Notes: generated by a model from the letters alone, not told the origin. Numbered from the stretch's first letter, positions 10,565-23,842 are shown. The stretch is DNA of 64,000 nucleotides from an uncultured Gemmatimonadales bacterium (GCA_963701965.1 OY969695.1:5024001-5088000), one strand, 5' to 3'. Numbers and translations: made by a program.

Positions 10565-11046
10565 AGACGGTGCGAGTCGGCATCGGCTACGACTCGCACC
10601 GGTTCGCCGTTGGCGGCCCGCTGGTGCTGGGCGGCATCCACATCCCCGGGGCCGAGCATCTGCACGGTCACTCTGACGGCGACGCCATCGCCCACGCCGT
10701 CACCAATGCCATCCTCGGCGCCGCGGCCCTCGGGGACATCGGGGAGATGTTCTCCGATCAGGACCCGGCGCATCGGGGCGCCGACTCCATCGCGCTGTTG
10801 CGGGGCGCGGTCGCCCGCCTCGCCGCGTCCGGCTGGATCCCTATGCAGGTCGACGTCACCGTGATCGCCGAGCGCCCCAAGATCGCGCCCCACCGGGATG
10901 CGATGCGCGCCGCGCTGGCCACGGGGCTCGGCGTGTCCGTCGAGGCCGTCAGCATCAAAGGCAAGACCAACGAAGGGATGGGATGGATCGGGCGCGGCGA
11001 AGGGATCGCGTGCATCGCCGTGGCCACAGTGGGACGGGCGTCGTAA
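10561..11046 (+). CDS. ispF: 2-C-methyl-D-erythritol 2,4-cyclodiphosphate synthase
   Basis: GIGYDSHRF, GHSDGD, GDIGEMF, KGKTNEGMG. Confidence 0.96.
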   Translation: MKTVRVGIGYDSHRFAVGGPLVLGGIHIPGAEHLHGHSDGDAIAHAVTNAILGAAALGDIGEMFSDQDPAHRGADSIALLRGAVARLAASGWIPMQVDVTVIAERPKIAPHRDAMRAALATGLGVSVEAVSIKGKTNEGMGWIGRGEGIACIAVATVGRAS

Positions 11047-11048
11047 AC

Positions 11049-11969
11049 ATGTCTCCGCATGATGTCCCAACGGCCGAGCTCGGCGACTTTGCGATCGACC
11101 GGTTCGTCGAGTTCCTCATGATCGAGCAAGGCGCGTCGCCGCTCACCCACGAGGCCTACGCGCGCGACTTGTCGCGGTTCGCCACGTTCGCCGTCGTACG
11201 CGGGGCCCGCTCCCCGGACGCCGTGACCGCGCGACTGCTCCGCGAGTACGTGTACCACATGAAGGACCTGGGGCTCGCGCCCACGTCCATTCGGCGCAAC
11301 GTGTCGGCGATCCGGACGTACTACAAGTTCTCGATCGCCGACGGCCGCACGACTAAAGACCCGAGCGAGCGGCTGGAGACCCCGCGCGGATGGCGGACGC
11401 TGCCCGGCGTGCTGACCGCTCCCGAGATCGACGCGCTGATCACCGCCGTGGGCCTCGACGAACCCCTCGCCTTTCGCGATCGGGCTCTCCTGGAGCTGGC
11501 CTACGGCGCCGGACTCCGCGTGTCGGAGTGGATCACGATCCAGACCAAGGACGTGATGCTCCCGGACGCGCTGGTCCGGGTGTTCGGCAAGGGTGCCAAA
11601 GAGCGGCTCGTGCCCATCGGCCGGCAGGCCGTGGGCGCCATCGCCACGTACCTGCGCGAGCTGCGCCCGCGCCTGGAGCGGGGGCAGGGCGGCGGCACGC
11701 TCTTCCTGAACGTCCGCGGCGTCCCGCTCACGCGGATGGGCGCCTGGAAGATCCTCCGCAAGTACGTGCGGATGGCGGGCCTCACCAAGCACGTGTCGCC
11801 GCACACGCTGCGGCACTCCTTCGCGACCCACCTTCTGGAGGGCGGGGCCGACCTCCGTGCCGTGCAAGAGATGCTCGGGCACGCTGATATTTCGACGACG
11901 CAGATCTACACGCACGTCGACCGCGAGTACCTGCGGCGTGTCCATCGCGCGTTTCACCCGCGTCCATGA
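11049..11969 (+). CDS. xerD: Tyrosine recombinase XerD
   Basis: GLRVSE, GKGAKERLVP, SPHTLRHSFATHLLEGGADLRAVQEMLGHADISTTQIYTHV. Confidence 0.93.
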   Translation: MSPHDVPTAELGDFAIDRFVEFLMIEQGASPLTHEAYARDLSRFATFAVVRGARSPDAVTARLLREYVYHMKDLGLAPTSIRRNVSAIRTYYKFSIADGRTTKDPSERLETPRGWRTLPGVLTAPEIDALITAVGLDEPLAFRDRALLELAYGAGLRVSEWITIQTKDVMLPDALVRVFGKGAKERLVPIGRQAVGAIATYLRELRPRLERGQGGGTLFLNVRGVPLTRMGAWKILRKYVRMAGLTKHVSPHTLRHSFATHLLEGGADLRAVQEMLGHADISTTQIYTHVDREYLRRVHRAFHPRP

Positions 11970-12550
11970 TCCGTCCCGTCCTCGTCATCGATAACTACGA
12001 TTCGTTCACGTACAACCTCGTCCAATACCTGGGCGAGTTGGGCGAGCGCCCGGTCGTGCACCGGAACGACGCCATCGCCGTGGCCGACGTGGAGCACATC
12101 GGCCCGCGAGCGATCGTGATCTCTCCCGGCCCCAAGACGCCGGCCGAGGCGGGGATCACCATCCCGTTGATCCAACAATGGGGCGCGCATATCCCGCTGC
12201 TCGGCGTCTGCCTGGGCCATCAGGCGATCGGCGAGGCCTACGGCGGCCGGGTCGTCCGCGCGCGCCACGTGATGCACGGGAAGCGCTCGGCGATCCATCA
12301 CGACGGCACCGGATTGTTCGCCGGCATCGCCAGCCCGCTGGACGTAATGCGGTATCACTCCTTGGTCATCGATCCGGCGTCGCTGCCGTCGACTCTCGAG
12401 GTGATTGCCCGCGCGGTCGACGAGCCGGATGAGATCCACGCCGTCCGACATCGCACCTATCCGGTGTGGGGCGTGCAGTTTCATCCCGAGTCCATCTTGA
12501 CGTCGAGCGGGAAGAGCATTCTCGCCAATTTCCTCAGTCTGGCCGCGTGA
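11966..12550 (+). CDS. Anthranilate/aminodeoxychorismate synthase component II (TrpG/PabA glutamine amidotransferase)
   Basis: IDNYDSFTYNLVQY, GVCLGHQ, MRYHSL, QFHPES. Confidence 0.93.
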   Translation: MIRPVLVIDNYDSFTYNLVQYLGELGERPVVHRNDAIAVADVEHIGPRAIVISPGPKTPAEAGITIPLIQQWGAHIPLLGVCLGHQAIGEAYGGRVVRARHVMHGKRSAIHHDGTGLFAGIASPLDVMRYHSLVIDPASLPSTLEVIARAVDEPDEIHAVRHRTYPVWGVQFHPESILTSSGKSILANFLSLAA

Positions 12551-14076
12551 AGGCGCCGCTCGCCTTCGCGGCGCTCATCTTGGCGGCGCCCCTCTGGGCA
12601 CAGGCGCCGGCGCATTGTACGAACGTGCGGCTGACCGACGCCCACGGCGCGATCAGCGGGCCCTTGGTCCGCGCGGTGTTGGCGGCGCCCCACGCGGTCA
12701 AGTGCGATGCCGATACGGGCACCGTGACCTTGCCGAGCCACGCGGTGGTTCCGTCTTCGATTGTCATCGTGGGCCACTCGGCCGCGGTCGAAGACACGGT
12801 GCACGGCGACGTGCTGGTGATCGGCGGCGACCTCTTTCTGCATCCCGGCGCCCACATCGACGGCCACGCCATTGCGATCTGCGGCGGCGTGTACGCCTCG
12901 GCGCTGGCGTCGATCGGCGGGGGGACCGTCCAGGAGACGTGTCAACGATTTCGGCTGACACCCGACGGCACCACGGCGGTCGCCGAGTATTGGCCCGTGC
13001 CGCGCCCCGCTCCCGTGGCGCTGCGGTTTCCGGTGTTCTACGGGTTCCGCATCCCGTCGTATGACCGGAGCGACGGGTTGTCCGTGCACTGGGCACCAGC
13101 CATCGTCGGCGACAGCGCCCACGTTCGCGTCGAACCCGGTGTCACGTATCGCTCCAATCTCGGCGCCTGGGATCCGTCCCTGGTGGCGACGTGGTCGCCG
13201 GCGCCACGGTTGTCGCTCAACGCCACGTGGGAGCGTAGCACGTTCACCAACGACAACTGGAGCCGCCCGCCACTGTTCAACTCAACGGCGACGATCGTCT
13301 CCGGGTCCGACGGCAACAACTATTACCGGTCGGACCGTTTCAGCGTCACCGCCGGTCGCAGTTGGGGAAGCCAGGAGACGAACATCGCGCCCTACCTCTC
13401 GTTTCGCGACGAGTTCGACCGGTCGGTCGGCCCGGATCCGACGACGTCACCGCATTTCGCGTGGAGCCTGATCGATCCACTGGACACGACGGGGATCCGG
13501 CGCCGTAATCCACCGATCGCGCGCGGCCGCATCGTCTCCGGCGTCGGCGGCTTCCGCGCGGGGTGGCAAGGGTCGGGTGGAGTGTCCCTCACCGGGGGTC
13601 TCGCGGTCGAGGTGCCGTTCTCTTCCTCCACGGCTGGGTTCGCCAGCACGAACTGGGTCCAGTCAACGATCGATGCGGACCTTCGAATCCCGACGATCGC
13701 CAACCAGACGTTCGAGCTCATCACGCACGACGTGGCCAGCGCCGGAGGCGCGGCGCCGCCGCAGCGCTACGCCTACGTCGGCGGCGCCGCGACGATCCCG
13801 ACGCTCTTCATGCTGCAGGAGGGCGGGGACGATCTCGTCTGGGCGTCAGGCAACTATCTCATCCCCATCCATTGGTTCACCGTGCCCTTCATCGGCCCGC
13901 CACAGGTCGGCGCCTATTACACGATCGGAAGCGCGGGCATCCGGCACCTGCCGCGGTTCTCTCAGAACTTCGGTCCGCAAGCGATCATCGGCGTATTCCA
14001 GCTCCTGTTCTTGGTCGACCCCGCCACGGGCAAGCACGAGCTGACACTCGGCGCGGTACTTCCCCTGTCGCCGTGA
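12547..14076 (+). CDS. Exported protein: N-terminal beta-helix/bactofilin-like region plus probable outer-membrane beta-barrel
   Basis: Signal peptide MKAPLAFAALILAAPLWA|Q; 'VHGDVLVIGGDLFLHPGAHIDGHAIAICG' repeats; YDRSDGL followed by beta-strand-rich C-terminus. Confidence 0.6.
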   Translation: MKAPLAFAALILAAPLWAQAPAHCTNVRLTDAHGAISGPLVRAVLAAPHAVKCDADTGTVTLPSHAVVPSSIVIVGHSAAVEDTVHGDVLVIGGDLFLHPGAHIDGHAIAICGGVYASALASIGGGTVQETCQRFRLTPDGTTAVAEYWPVPRPAPVALRFPVFYGFRIPSYDRSDGLSVHWAPAIVGDSAHVRVEPGVTYRSNLGAWDPSLVATWSPAPRLSLNATWERSTFTNDNWSRPPLFNSTATIVSGSDGNNYYRSDRFSVTAGRSWGSQETNIAPYLSFRDEFDRSVGPDPTTSPHFAWSLIDPLDTTGIRRRNPPIARGRIVSGVGGFRAGWQGSGGVSLTGGLAVEVPFSSSTAGFASTNWVQSTIDADLRIPTIANQTFELITHDVASAGGAAPPQRYAYVGGAATIPTLFMLQEGGDDLVWASGNYLIPIHWFTVPFIGPPQVGAYYTIGSAGIRHLPRFSQNFGPQAIIGVFQLLFLVDPATGKHELTLGAVLPLSP

Positions 14077-14127
14077 GCCGGATAACTTGCGTGGCGTGAA
14101 TTTTGCAGCCGCGCGCGCCGGCCGCGC

Positions 14128-14913
14128 ATGAGAACTCTGGCAGTCATACCCGCCCGACTCGCGGCGGTGCGGCTTCCGCGCAAGCCCCTTCGTCTCCTCG
14201 CTGGTTCGCCGCTCATCGTGCGGGTGTGGGCCCGGGTCGCGGAGATGGGCATCGCCGACCGGTGTCTGGTGGCGACCGAGAGCGAGGAAGTGGCCAACGT
14301 CGTCCGCGCGGCCGGGGCCGAGTGCGCGCTCACCAGCCCGTTCCACCTGTCCGGTACGGACCGGGTGGCCGAGGTCGCGACGCGGCCGGAGTTCGCCGGG
14401 TATGACGTCGTCGTGAATGTGCAGGGGGACGAGCCCTTCATGGGAGCCGATGCGATTCGCGGCGCCATCGCCCAGGTGGCGGGCGGCGCCTTCGCCATTG
14501 GGACGGCCGCCGTGCCGGCGCCGCCTGCCATTCTGGAGCGGCCGGAGATCGTGAAAGTGGTGATCGACGACGCCGGCCGGGCCCTGTATTTCTCTCGCGC
14601 GCCCATTCCGTGGCTGCGGGATCGAGACGACGCACCCACGCGCGACAGCCTCGTGCGGCAGCACCTTGGCGTCTACACGTATACGCGCGCGGCGCTGGCC
14701 GCGTGGGTCGGGTTGGCGCCGCATCCGCTGGAGATCAGCGAGCGCCTCGAGCAATTGCGCCCGCTGGCCGCGGGCATGGCGATCGGTGTCGCGGTCGTCC
14801 CGGACGCCCCGCCCGCCGGCGGGATCGACACCGAGGATGATCTGGCGCGCGCGAACGCGTTGTGGCCGGGATTCGAACGAGTGCTCACCCTGCACGACGG
14901 AGGACGGCGATAA
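14128..14913 (+). CDS. kdsB: 3-deoxy-manno-octulosonate cytidylyltransferase
   Basis: VIPARL...LPRKPL, SGTDRVAEV, NVQGDEP, ALYFSRAPIP, LEQLR. Confidence 0.95.
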   Translation: MRTLAVIPARLAAVRLPRKPLRLLAGSPLIVRVWARVAEMGIADRCLVATESEEVANVVRAAGAECALTSPFHLSGTDRVAEVATRPEFAGYDVVVNVQGDEPFMGADAIRGAIAQVAGGAFAIGTAAVPAPPAILERPEIVKVVIDDAGRALYFSRAPIPWLRDRDDAPTRDSLVRQHLGVYTYTRAALAAWVGLAPHPLEISERLEQLRPLAAGMAIGVAVVPDAPPAGGIDTEDDLARANALWPGFERVLTLHDGGRR

Positions 14914-17394
<2,481 letters not shown>

Positions 17395-17398
<4 letters not shown>

Positions 17399-17970
17399 CG
17401 CTCGATCGCGCTACGGCGCGTCGGATCAAGGTCGTCGGTCTCGATGTCGATGGGGTCCTGACCGATGGCGGCATTTATCTGGGCGCCGTCGGCGGCTCGG
17501 CGCACGAGTTCAAGCGCTATGACATCCAGGACGGATTCGGCATCTATTGTCTGCGCGAAGCGGGCCTCAAGGTCGTGATCGTGACTGGGCGCGTCTCCGA
17601 AAGCGTCCGGCTGCGCGCCGCCGAGCTCAGGGCCGACGGCGTGGCGCAGGACGACCAGGCCCGCAAGCTCCCGGCGCTGCGCCGCCTGCTGGCGCGCGAC
17701 GGCATCAGTCTCGAGGAGACGGCCTACATCGGGGATGATTTCCCCGACCTCGGCATTCTGCGCGCCGTGGGACTCCCCGTAGCCGTCGGTAACGCCGTGC
17801 CCGAGATCCGGCGCGCCGCCAAGATCAAGCTCACGCGAGCCGGCGGCGCCGGCGCGGTGCGCGAGTTCGCCGAGCTCCTGCTCAAGGCGCGCGGCGTGTG
17901 GACCGAGGTGGTGGAGCGGTACGTCACCGAGAAGTCGGAGGCCGACGTGCCCGAGGCGCTGTTCGGATGA
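17395..17970 (+). CDS. kdsC: KDO 8-phosphate phosphatase (HAD)
   Basis: LDVDGVLTDG, GDDFPD, GGAGAVRE. Confidence 0.93.
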
Positions 17971-18956
17971 CTGACGTTCGCGACACCTCCGCTGACGCCG
18001 ATCGCGTCATCGAGCGGGGCCGCCGCGTCCTGCGGGTCGAACGCGAAGCGCTCGGCCGCGTCGAGTCGCGACTGGACGCCGCGTTCAGCCGTGCCGTCAC
18101 GCTCATCGCCAAGTCGCGCGGCCGCCTGCTCATCGCCGGCGTCGGCAAGTCGGGGCTGATCGGCGCCAAGATCGCGTCCACGATGACTTCGACCGGGACG
18201 GCGGCGGCGTTTCTGCACCCGGTCGATGGCCTGCACGGGGATCTGGGCCTCGTCGGGAGCGACGACGTCGTCGTGCTCCTCTCCAACAGTGGCGAGTCGG
18301 CCGAGCTCCTGGTGTTGCTCGATCATCTCAAACGGTTCGGGGTGTCCACGATCGCCATCACCGGCGTGCTCGACTCCACGTTGGCGCGGCACGCCGACAT
18401 CGTGCTCGACGCGTCGGTGGACGAGGAGGCGTGCCCGCACGGGCTGGCGCCCACGGCCAGCACGACGGCCGCGCTGGCGCTGGGTGACGCGCTGGCGGTC
18501 GCGCTGCTCGAGGAGAAGGGGTTTGGCGCCGCGGACTTCGCGCGCCTGCACCCTGGCGGTGCGCTGGGCCGGCGGTTGCTCACGCGGGTCGCGGACGTCA
18601 TGGAACAGAGCGGCCTGCCCCTGTTGCCGCCCACGGCGTTGATCCGGCAGGCGGTGGTACTACTCGCCGAGCGGCGGGGTATCGTAGTGGTGACCGACGA
18701 GACGTGCCGGTTGGCGGGAGTCGTGACGGTCGGCGACTTCACGCGACTCATGGAGCGCGAGAGCGACCCGTTCGGCATCGCGGTGGGCGACGTCATGACC
18801 GCGACGCCGCGCGCGGCCCATTCCGAGGAGCTGGGCAGCGGGGTCGTGCACCGCATGCAGGAGCACGGGATCATGGCCATGCCCGTGCTGGACGACGATC
18901 AACGCGTGGTCGGCGTCGTCCATCTCCACGATCTCCTGCGGGCGGGATGCGGCTGA
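17967..18956 (+). CDS. kdsD: Arabinose 5-phosphate isomerase (KpsF/GutQ)
   Basis: GVGKSG, HGDLG, EACPHGLAPTAST, HPGGALG, C-terminal CBS pair. Confidence 0.95.
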   Translation: MTDVRDTSADADRVIERGRRVLRVEREALGRVESRLDAAFSRAVTLIAKSRGRLLIAGVGKSGLIGAKIASTMTSTGTAAAFLHPVDGLHGDLGLVGSDDVVVLLSNSGESAELLVLLDHLKRFGVSTIAITGVLDSTLARHADIVLDASVDEEACPHGLAPTASTTAALALGDALAVALLEEKGFGAADFARLHPGGALGRRLLTRVADVMEQSGLPLLPPTALIRQAVVLLAERRGIVVVTDETCRLAGVVTVGDFTRLMERESDPFGIAVGDVMTATPRAAHSEELGSGVVHRMQEHGIMAMPVLDDDQRVVGVVHLHDLLRAGCG

Positions 18957-19786
18957 TCCCGGCCCGGTGGTTCCCACTCGGGGTCCTGCTGGTGCTGGCC
19001 GCGTGTACCGGTGGCCGCAACACCGCCATCGGTCCCCACAATCCGCTGGCTGACTCCGCGGATCAGATCGTGTTCGGCGCGCGATCCAAGATGACGGACG
19101 GCGGCGTCAGCAAGTCCGACCTCTACGCCGATACCGCGTACTTCTTCGACGACAATACGCGCATCGAGATGCGTGGGCACGTGACGGTCACGTTCTATAC
19201 CGAGGTCGGCGCCAAGAACGCGGTGCTCACGGCCCTGGCCGGGACGTACAACAACCGCACCGGGAACATGGAGGCGCGGGGCAACGTCGTCGTGAACACG
19301 GTCGACGGGCGGCATCTCCTGACGCCGATCCTGCGCTATACGCAGTCCAAGAACGAGATCGCCAGCGACACGACATTCACCACGACCGACTCGACGCGGC
19401 GGTTGACGGGGATCGGCTTCACGTCCGACCCCAACATGGACAACGTGCATTGCTTCCGGGCCTGCAGTGGTCTCGGGGGCCAAGTGATCCTGCCGTCGTC
19501 GAGTCAGCCGGGAGGGGCAGCCGCACCGGGCAGCGCTCCGGTGGCCTCCCCGCCGGCGAACGCGGTCGTGCTGCCGCCCTCATCGGCCGCGGCTGCCGCC
19601 GCGGCCCATGCGCCGCCTCCCGAGCCGCCCCTGCCCGCGGGTGGGGCCGCGCCGGTACCCGCGCCGGCGATCGTGCCGACTCCGGTCGTGCCTCCCAAGC
19701 GCGACTCCACTCGGCACGACAGCACCCGGCGCGACAGCACCCGGCGCGACAGCGCGCGACACGATACCGCTTCCAAGACGCCGTGA
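18947..19786 (+). CDS. lptC: LPS export protein LptC (lipoprotein-type) with Pro/Ala-rich tail
   Basis: Lipobox LAAC; beta-jellyroll-like core (MEARGNVVV, LTGIGFTSD); position between kdsD and lptA/lptB. Confidence 0.8.
   Translation: MRLIPARWFPLGVLLVLAACTGGRNTAIGPHNPLADSADQIVFGARSKMTDGGVSKSDLYADTAYFFDDNTRIEMRGHVTVTFYTEVGAKNAVLTALAGTYNNRTGNMEARGNVVVNTVDGRHLLTPILRYTQSKNEIASDTTFTTTDSTRRLTGIGFTSDPNMDNVHCFRACSGLGGQVILPSSSQPGGAAAPGSAPVASPPANAVVLPPSSAAAAAAAHAPPPEPPLPAGGAAPVPAPAIVPTPVVPPKRDSTRHDSTRRDSTRRDSARHDTASKTP
19700..19771 (+). repeat. 15-bp coding tandem repeat (R-R/H-D-S/T-T/A x5) in the LptC tail
   Basis: KRDSTRHDSTRRDSTRRDSARHDTA; CGCGACAGCACCCGG-type units. Confidence 0.9.
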
Positions 19787-21180
19787 TTCGCCGTTTCATG
19801 CTACTCGCCACCAGTCTCCTCACCTGTCCCCTCGGCGCCCAGGCGCCGTCGGGCCCGTGCCAGCTGGTGTTCGAGAATCGGCCCACGACCCGCGTGGTGG
19901 CGGTCAAGCTGCCGAGCGGGAAGTACAACTCGTTCTTTGGCGGCGGCGTCATCGCGCATTGCCCGGTGCAGAGCCTGACCTTGATCTCCGACAGCGCGGA
20001 GTCGTACGACGAGCAGGGGATCATGTACGCCATCGGCCACGTGCACTACACGGAACCCCGCGCCAAGATCGACGCCGAGCGGGCCACATACTATCAGGGC
20101 AGTGCCCGCTTGATCGCCGATGGCAACGTGGTGGCCCACACGCCGAGCGGCTCCGTGATGCACGGACCCCACGCGGATTACTTGCGCGCGGTGCCGGGGA
20201 TTCGCGCGCAGGCGTGGATGACGGCGACCGGCCGTCCGCATCTCGACCTCGTGCAGCAGGACTCCGCCGGCCGGCCCGAGCCACCGGTCGGCGTCGACGC
20301 CAACACGATCGTCACGCAGAACGACAGTCTCATCTTCGCGTCAGGTAAAGTCGACATCAACCGCACCGATCTCGACGCCCACGGCGACTCGGCGACGCTC
20401 GACCAAGGCACGGAGTTCATGCGCCTCATGCGACAGCCGATCATCAATGGCAAGCAAGGCCGGCCGTTCACGCTGCGCGGCGTCGTGATCGATCTCTACT
20501 CGCACAACCGGCAGTTGGAACGCGTCAAGTCCTACACGCAAGGCGACGCGGTGAGTCAGGAGTTGCACCTGGTCTCCGACACGATCGACCTGCGCGTGGT
20601 CGACAAGCAGCTGGTGCGGGCCTACGCCTGGGGACCGTCGCGGGCCCACGCCACGACGCCGGACCGCGACATCCTGGCGGACTCGATCGACAGCCACTTG
20701 CCCGGCCAGGTGCTGCGCGAAGTCATCGCCGTGCGGAAGGCGTTTGCCCAGAGCATTCCCGACACGGTGAAGATCAAGTCGCCGGACAAGGACTGGATTC
20801 GCGGTGACACGGTGATCGCGTACTTCGACAGCACAGCCAAACCCACGCCGCCACCGCCCCCGGCGGGACCGTCGGACAGCGCCAACCGCGCGCAGCCGCA
20901 GCCGGAGGTGAAGACGGTGGTGTCGCTCGGCCACGCCAAGGCGTTCTACCAACTGCCCGCCAAGGACAAGCGGGCCAAGGTGCCGGCGATCAACTACGTC
21001 GTGGGTCACGACATCACGATCCAGCTGGCGAACAAAGCCGTGCAAACGGTCACGGTCCGCGACAGCGCGACGGGCGTGTACCTGGAGCCGGTCGTCGAAG
21101 ACTCGGCCAAGGCCAAGCGCGACTCCACCAAGGCCGCCGGGCGCCGCCAACGGGCGCCGGGATTGGGGGGACGGCCATGA
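19783..21180 (+). CDS. Extended LptA/OstA-like periplasmic protein
   Basis: Signal peptide; repeated OstA-like strands (AIGHVH, ADGNVV, ASGKVD); between lptC and lptB; GTG start overlapping the lptC stop. Confidence 0.75.
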   Translation: MIRRFMLLATSLLTCPLGAQAPSGPCQLVFENRPTTRVVAVKLPSGKYNSFFGGGVIAHCPVQSLTLISDSAESYDEQGIMYAIGHVHYTEPRAKIDAERATYYQGSARLIADGNVVAHTPSGSVMHGPHADYLRAVPGIRAQAWMTATGRPHLDLVQQDSAGRPEPPVGVDANTIVTQNDSLIFASGKVDINRTDLDAHGDSATLDQGTEFMRLMRQPIINGKQGRPFTLRGVVIDLYSHNRQLERVKSYTQGDAVSQELHLVSDTIDLRVVDKQLVRAYAWGPSRAHATTPDRDILADSIDSHLPGQVLREVIAVRKAFAQSIPDTVKIKSPDKDWIRGDTVIAYFDSTAKPTPPPPPAGPSDSANRAQPQPEVKTVVSLGHAKAFYQLPAKDKRAKVPAINYVVGHDITIQLANKAVQTVTVRDSATGVYLEPVVEDSAKAKRDSTKAAGRRQRAPGLGGRP

Positions 21181-22355
21181 CCGCCAGCGCCCGCATCATC
21201 GAGCTGACGAAGGGAGACCGGACGACGGCCGGCGTACTGGCATCGCTCATCGAGGGCGCCGACGAAGCAGGCCGACTCCGCCTCAACGCGCTGGCGATCC
21301 GCGTCCGCGAGCAATATCTGGACACCCTGCGCCAGGAAGGCCGGGACGCCGAGCAGGAAGCCGGCCGCCTGGGCCTGGACGAGGTCCGCGCGTTCCTCCT
21401 GTCGTCGGTGCTGCCGCGCCTCGGGGATGAGGGGCTCATCGTCCCGCTCCGGCGCACGGCGTCCGACCCGGAGACATTCGTGACCGTCGCGCCGGCGGTG
21501 TGGGCGGAGTTGGGCGACCGGACCGGTCGCACCGGCGTCGCGCGCGCGCTGCGGGAAAGCGGCGAGCGAACGCCCGCGGCGGGGGCGGAGGCTGAGGCCC
21601 GCCCGGGCAGCCTGTTGGAAGCCGATGGCCTGGTCAAAGTCTATCGCCGCCGCAAAGTGGTGAACGACGTCGACGTGTATCTCCGCCAGGGCGAGATTGT
21701 GGGTCTCCTCGGACCCAATGGCGCGGGCAAGACGACGACGTTCTACATGATCGTCGGCCTGATTCAACCGCTGGCGGGGAGCATCCGCCTCGATGGACAG
21801 GACATCACGCAGATGCCCATGTACCGCCGGGCGCGCCAGGGGATCGGCTACCTGTCCCAAGAGCCGTCGATCTTCCGCAAACTGTCGGTGGAAGAGAACA
21901 TCCTCGCCATCCTGGAGATGTTGCCGCTCACGGCGGCCGACCGGCGGGCGCGGCTCGAGAAACTGCTGGACGAGTTGAGCATCAAGCATCTGCGGCACAA
22001 CAAGGCGTACTCCCTGTCCGGCGGCGAGCGCCGCCGCCTGGAGATCACGCGCGCCCTGGTCACGAGCCCCAAGTTCATGATGCTGGACGAGCCCTTCGCC
22101 GGGGTCGATCCGATCGCGGTCCACGACATCCAAACCATTGTCGCGGGACTCCGGCATCGGGGCATCGGCGTGCTGATCAGCGATCACAACGTCGAACAGA
22201 CTCTCGACATTGTCGACCGGGCGTATATCATGTTCGATGGTCAGGTGAAGGTGTCGGGCACTGTCCGCCAGTTAGTCTTCGACGAGACGGTGGCGGAGAT
22301 CTATCTGGGACCAACCCTCACCGCGCGCCTCCGGGCACGCTACTCGGCCGCGTAA
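21177..22355 (+). CDS. lptB: LPS export ABC ATPase LptB with ~145-aa N-terminal extension
   Basis: [39 protein letters not shown]. Confidence 0.93.
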   Translation: MTASARIIELTKGDRTTAGVLASLIEGADEAGRLRLNALAIRVREQYLDTLRQEGRDAEQEAGRLGLDEVRAFLLSSVLPRLGDEGLIVPLRRTASDPETFVTVAPAVWAELGDRTGRTGVARALRESGERTPAAGAEAEARPGSLLEADGLVKVYRRRKVVNDVDVYLRQGEIVGLLGPNGAGKTTTFYMIVGLIQPLAGSIRLDGQDITQMPMYRRARQGIGYLSQEPSIFRKLSVEENILAILEMLPLTAADRRARLEKLLDELSIKHLRHNKAYSLSGGERRRLEITRALVTSPKFMMLDEPFAGVDPIAVHDIQTIVAGLRHRGIGVLISDHNVEQTLDIVDRAYIMFDGQVKVSGTVRQLVFDETVAEIYLGPTLTARLRARYSAA

Positions 22356-22370
22356 GCCGGGGCGGGTCGC

Positions 22371-23841
22371 ATGAAAACGGGACTGAACCAGAGCACGCAG
22401 CTCAAACAAGAGCTCAAGATCAATCCCCGCCTGTATCAGGCGATGGATCTCTTGTACATGCCGCTGCTCGACCTCCAGCAGCACCTCAAACAGGAACTGC
22501 TGAACAACCCCTTCCTGGAGTTGGTCGAGCCCGAAGAGGACGAGGAAGAGGAGGAGACGCCGGAGGCGGAGGCGCAGACCGAGACGCCGGCCGAGGAGCA
22601 GCGCAACGACGAGATCGACTGGGAAGAGATCCTGCTGGAGGGGTTCGACGCCGGCGGCCGGCGGGAAGAGCACGAGGAGAAGGAGTACTACGAGCCGGTT
22701 ACCGCCCAGACCCGGGACCTGAGCGACCACCTGATGGAGCAGATCGCGCTGCTCGATTTGACGCCGCGCGAGGCGGCGCTGGCCGAGGAGTTCGTCGGGA
22801 ACGTGAACGACGAGGGGTATCTCGACTGCGCGGTCCAGGAGATCATCGACGGCATCAACTCGGAGATCACCAAGGTCGCGGAGGCGAGCGAGACCGACAC
22901 GGGCACGGAGCTACCGCTGTACACCATCGCCGAGGGCGAGGCGATGCTGAGCCGGATCCAGGATCTCGAGCCGCCGGGCGTGGGCGCCCGCGATCTCCGC
23001 GAGTGCCTCTTGCTGCAGCTCAAGCAGGCCGGGCTGGAACAATCGGTTCCGTACCGCCTCGTACGCGATTGCTACGACGAGCTGATCAATCACCGTTGGA
23101 GCGAGATCTCGAAGCGGTTCGGGATCAGCCAGAACGACGTGCAGCGCGCGGCCGACGAGATCGCGAAGCTCGATCCGAAGCCAGGACTCGATCTACTCGG
23201 CGGCCAGCGACAACTACATCACGCCGGATCTCGTGGTCGACAAGATCGACGGGCAGTATCACGTGTTCTTGAACGACGCGAACTTGCCGCGCCTCAAGTT
23301 GAGCCGCGCCTACCAGGAGATCGCGCGCGACAAGAAGAAGTTCGACGGGGAGAACAAGGAGTTCATCTCCAACAAGCTCAACTCGGCCAACTGGATGATC
23401 CAGGCGATCGAGCAGCGGCGCCAGACGATGCTCAAGGTGATGAACTACATCATCGAGCGGCAGCGGGAGTTCTTCGAGAAAGGCGTCCAGTATCTCAAGC
23501 CGCTGACGCTGCGCGAGGTCGCCGAAGTGATCAACATGCACGAGTCGACCGTCAGCCGCGTGACGAACGAGAAGTTCGTCCAGACGCCGCGCGGGGTGTT
23601 GCCGCTCAAGTTCTTCTTCTCGTCGGGGCTCTCGACCTCGGGGGGTGAAGACGTCTCGGCCCGCGGGATCAAGGCGCAGATCCAGAAGCTGGTCGAGGAC
23701 GAGGATGCCAAGCGTCCGCTGACCGACCAGGCGATCGTCAACATCCTCAAGGACAGCGGCGTGCAGATCGCCCGCCGGACGGTCGCGAAGTATCGCGATC
23801 AGCTCGGGGTGCTCTCGGCCCGCATGCGCAAGCGCGTCTAA
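22371..23841 (+). CDS. rpoN: RNA polymerase sigma-54, split by a 1-base insertion near 23190
   Basis: N-terminal Q/L-rich region and PPGVGARDLRECL in 22371-; KPLTLREVAEVINMHESTVSR and RpoN box ARRTVAKYR in 23233-23841; removing one base restores KPGL-IYSAASDNYITPDLVV. Confidence 0.93.
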
Positions 23842-23842
23842 C

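Noticed and set aside
11049..11969. xerD as a prophage or island integrase
   Set aside because: Canonical XerD C-terminal motif, embedded in a housekeeping operon, no att sites seen
19700..19771. Short tandem repeats here and at 55545-55695 as CRISPR arrays
   Set aside because: In-frame coding repeats with no unique spacers and no cas genes
23170..23215. Programmed ribosomal frameshift in rpoN
   Set aside because: No slippery heptamer or evident stimulatory structure, and similar indels occur in unrelated genes
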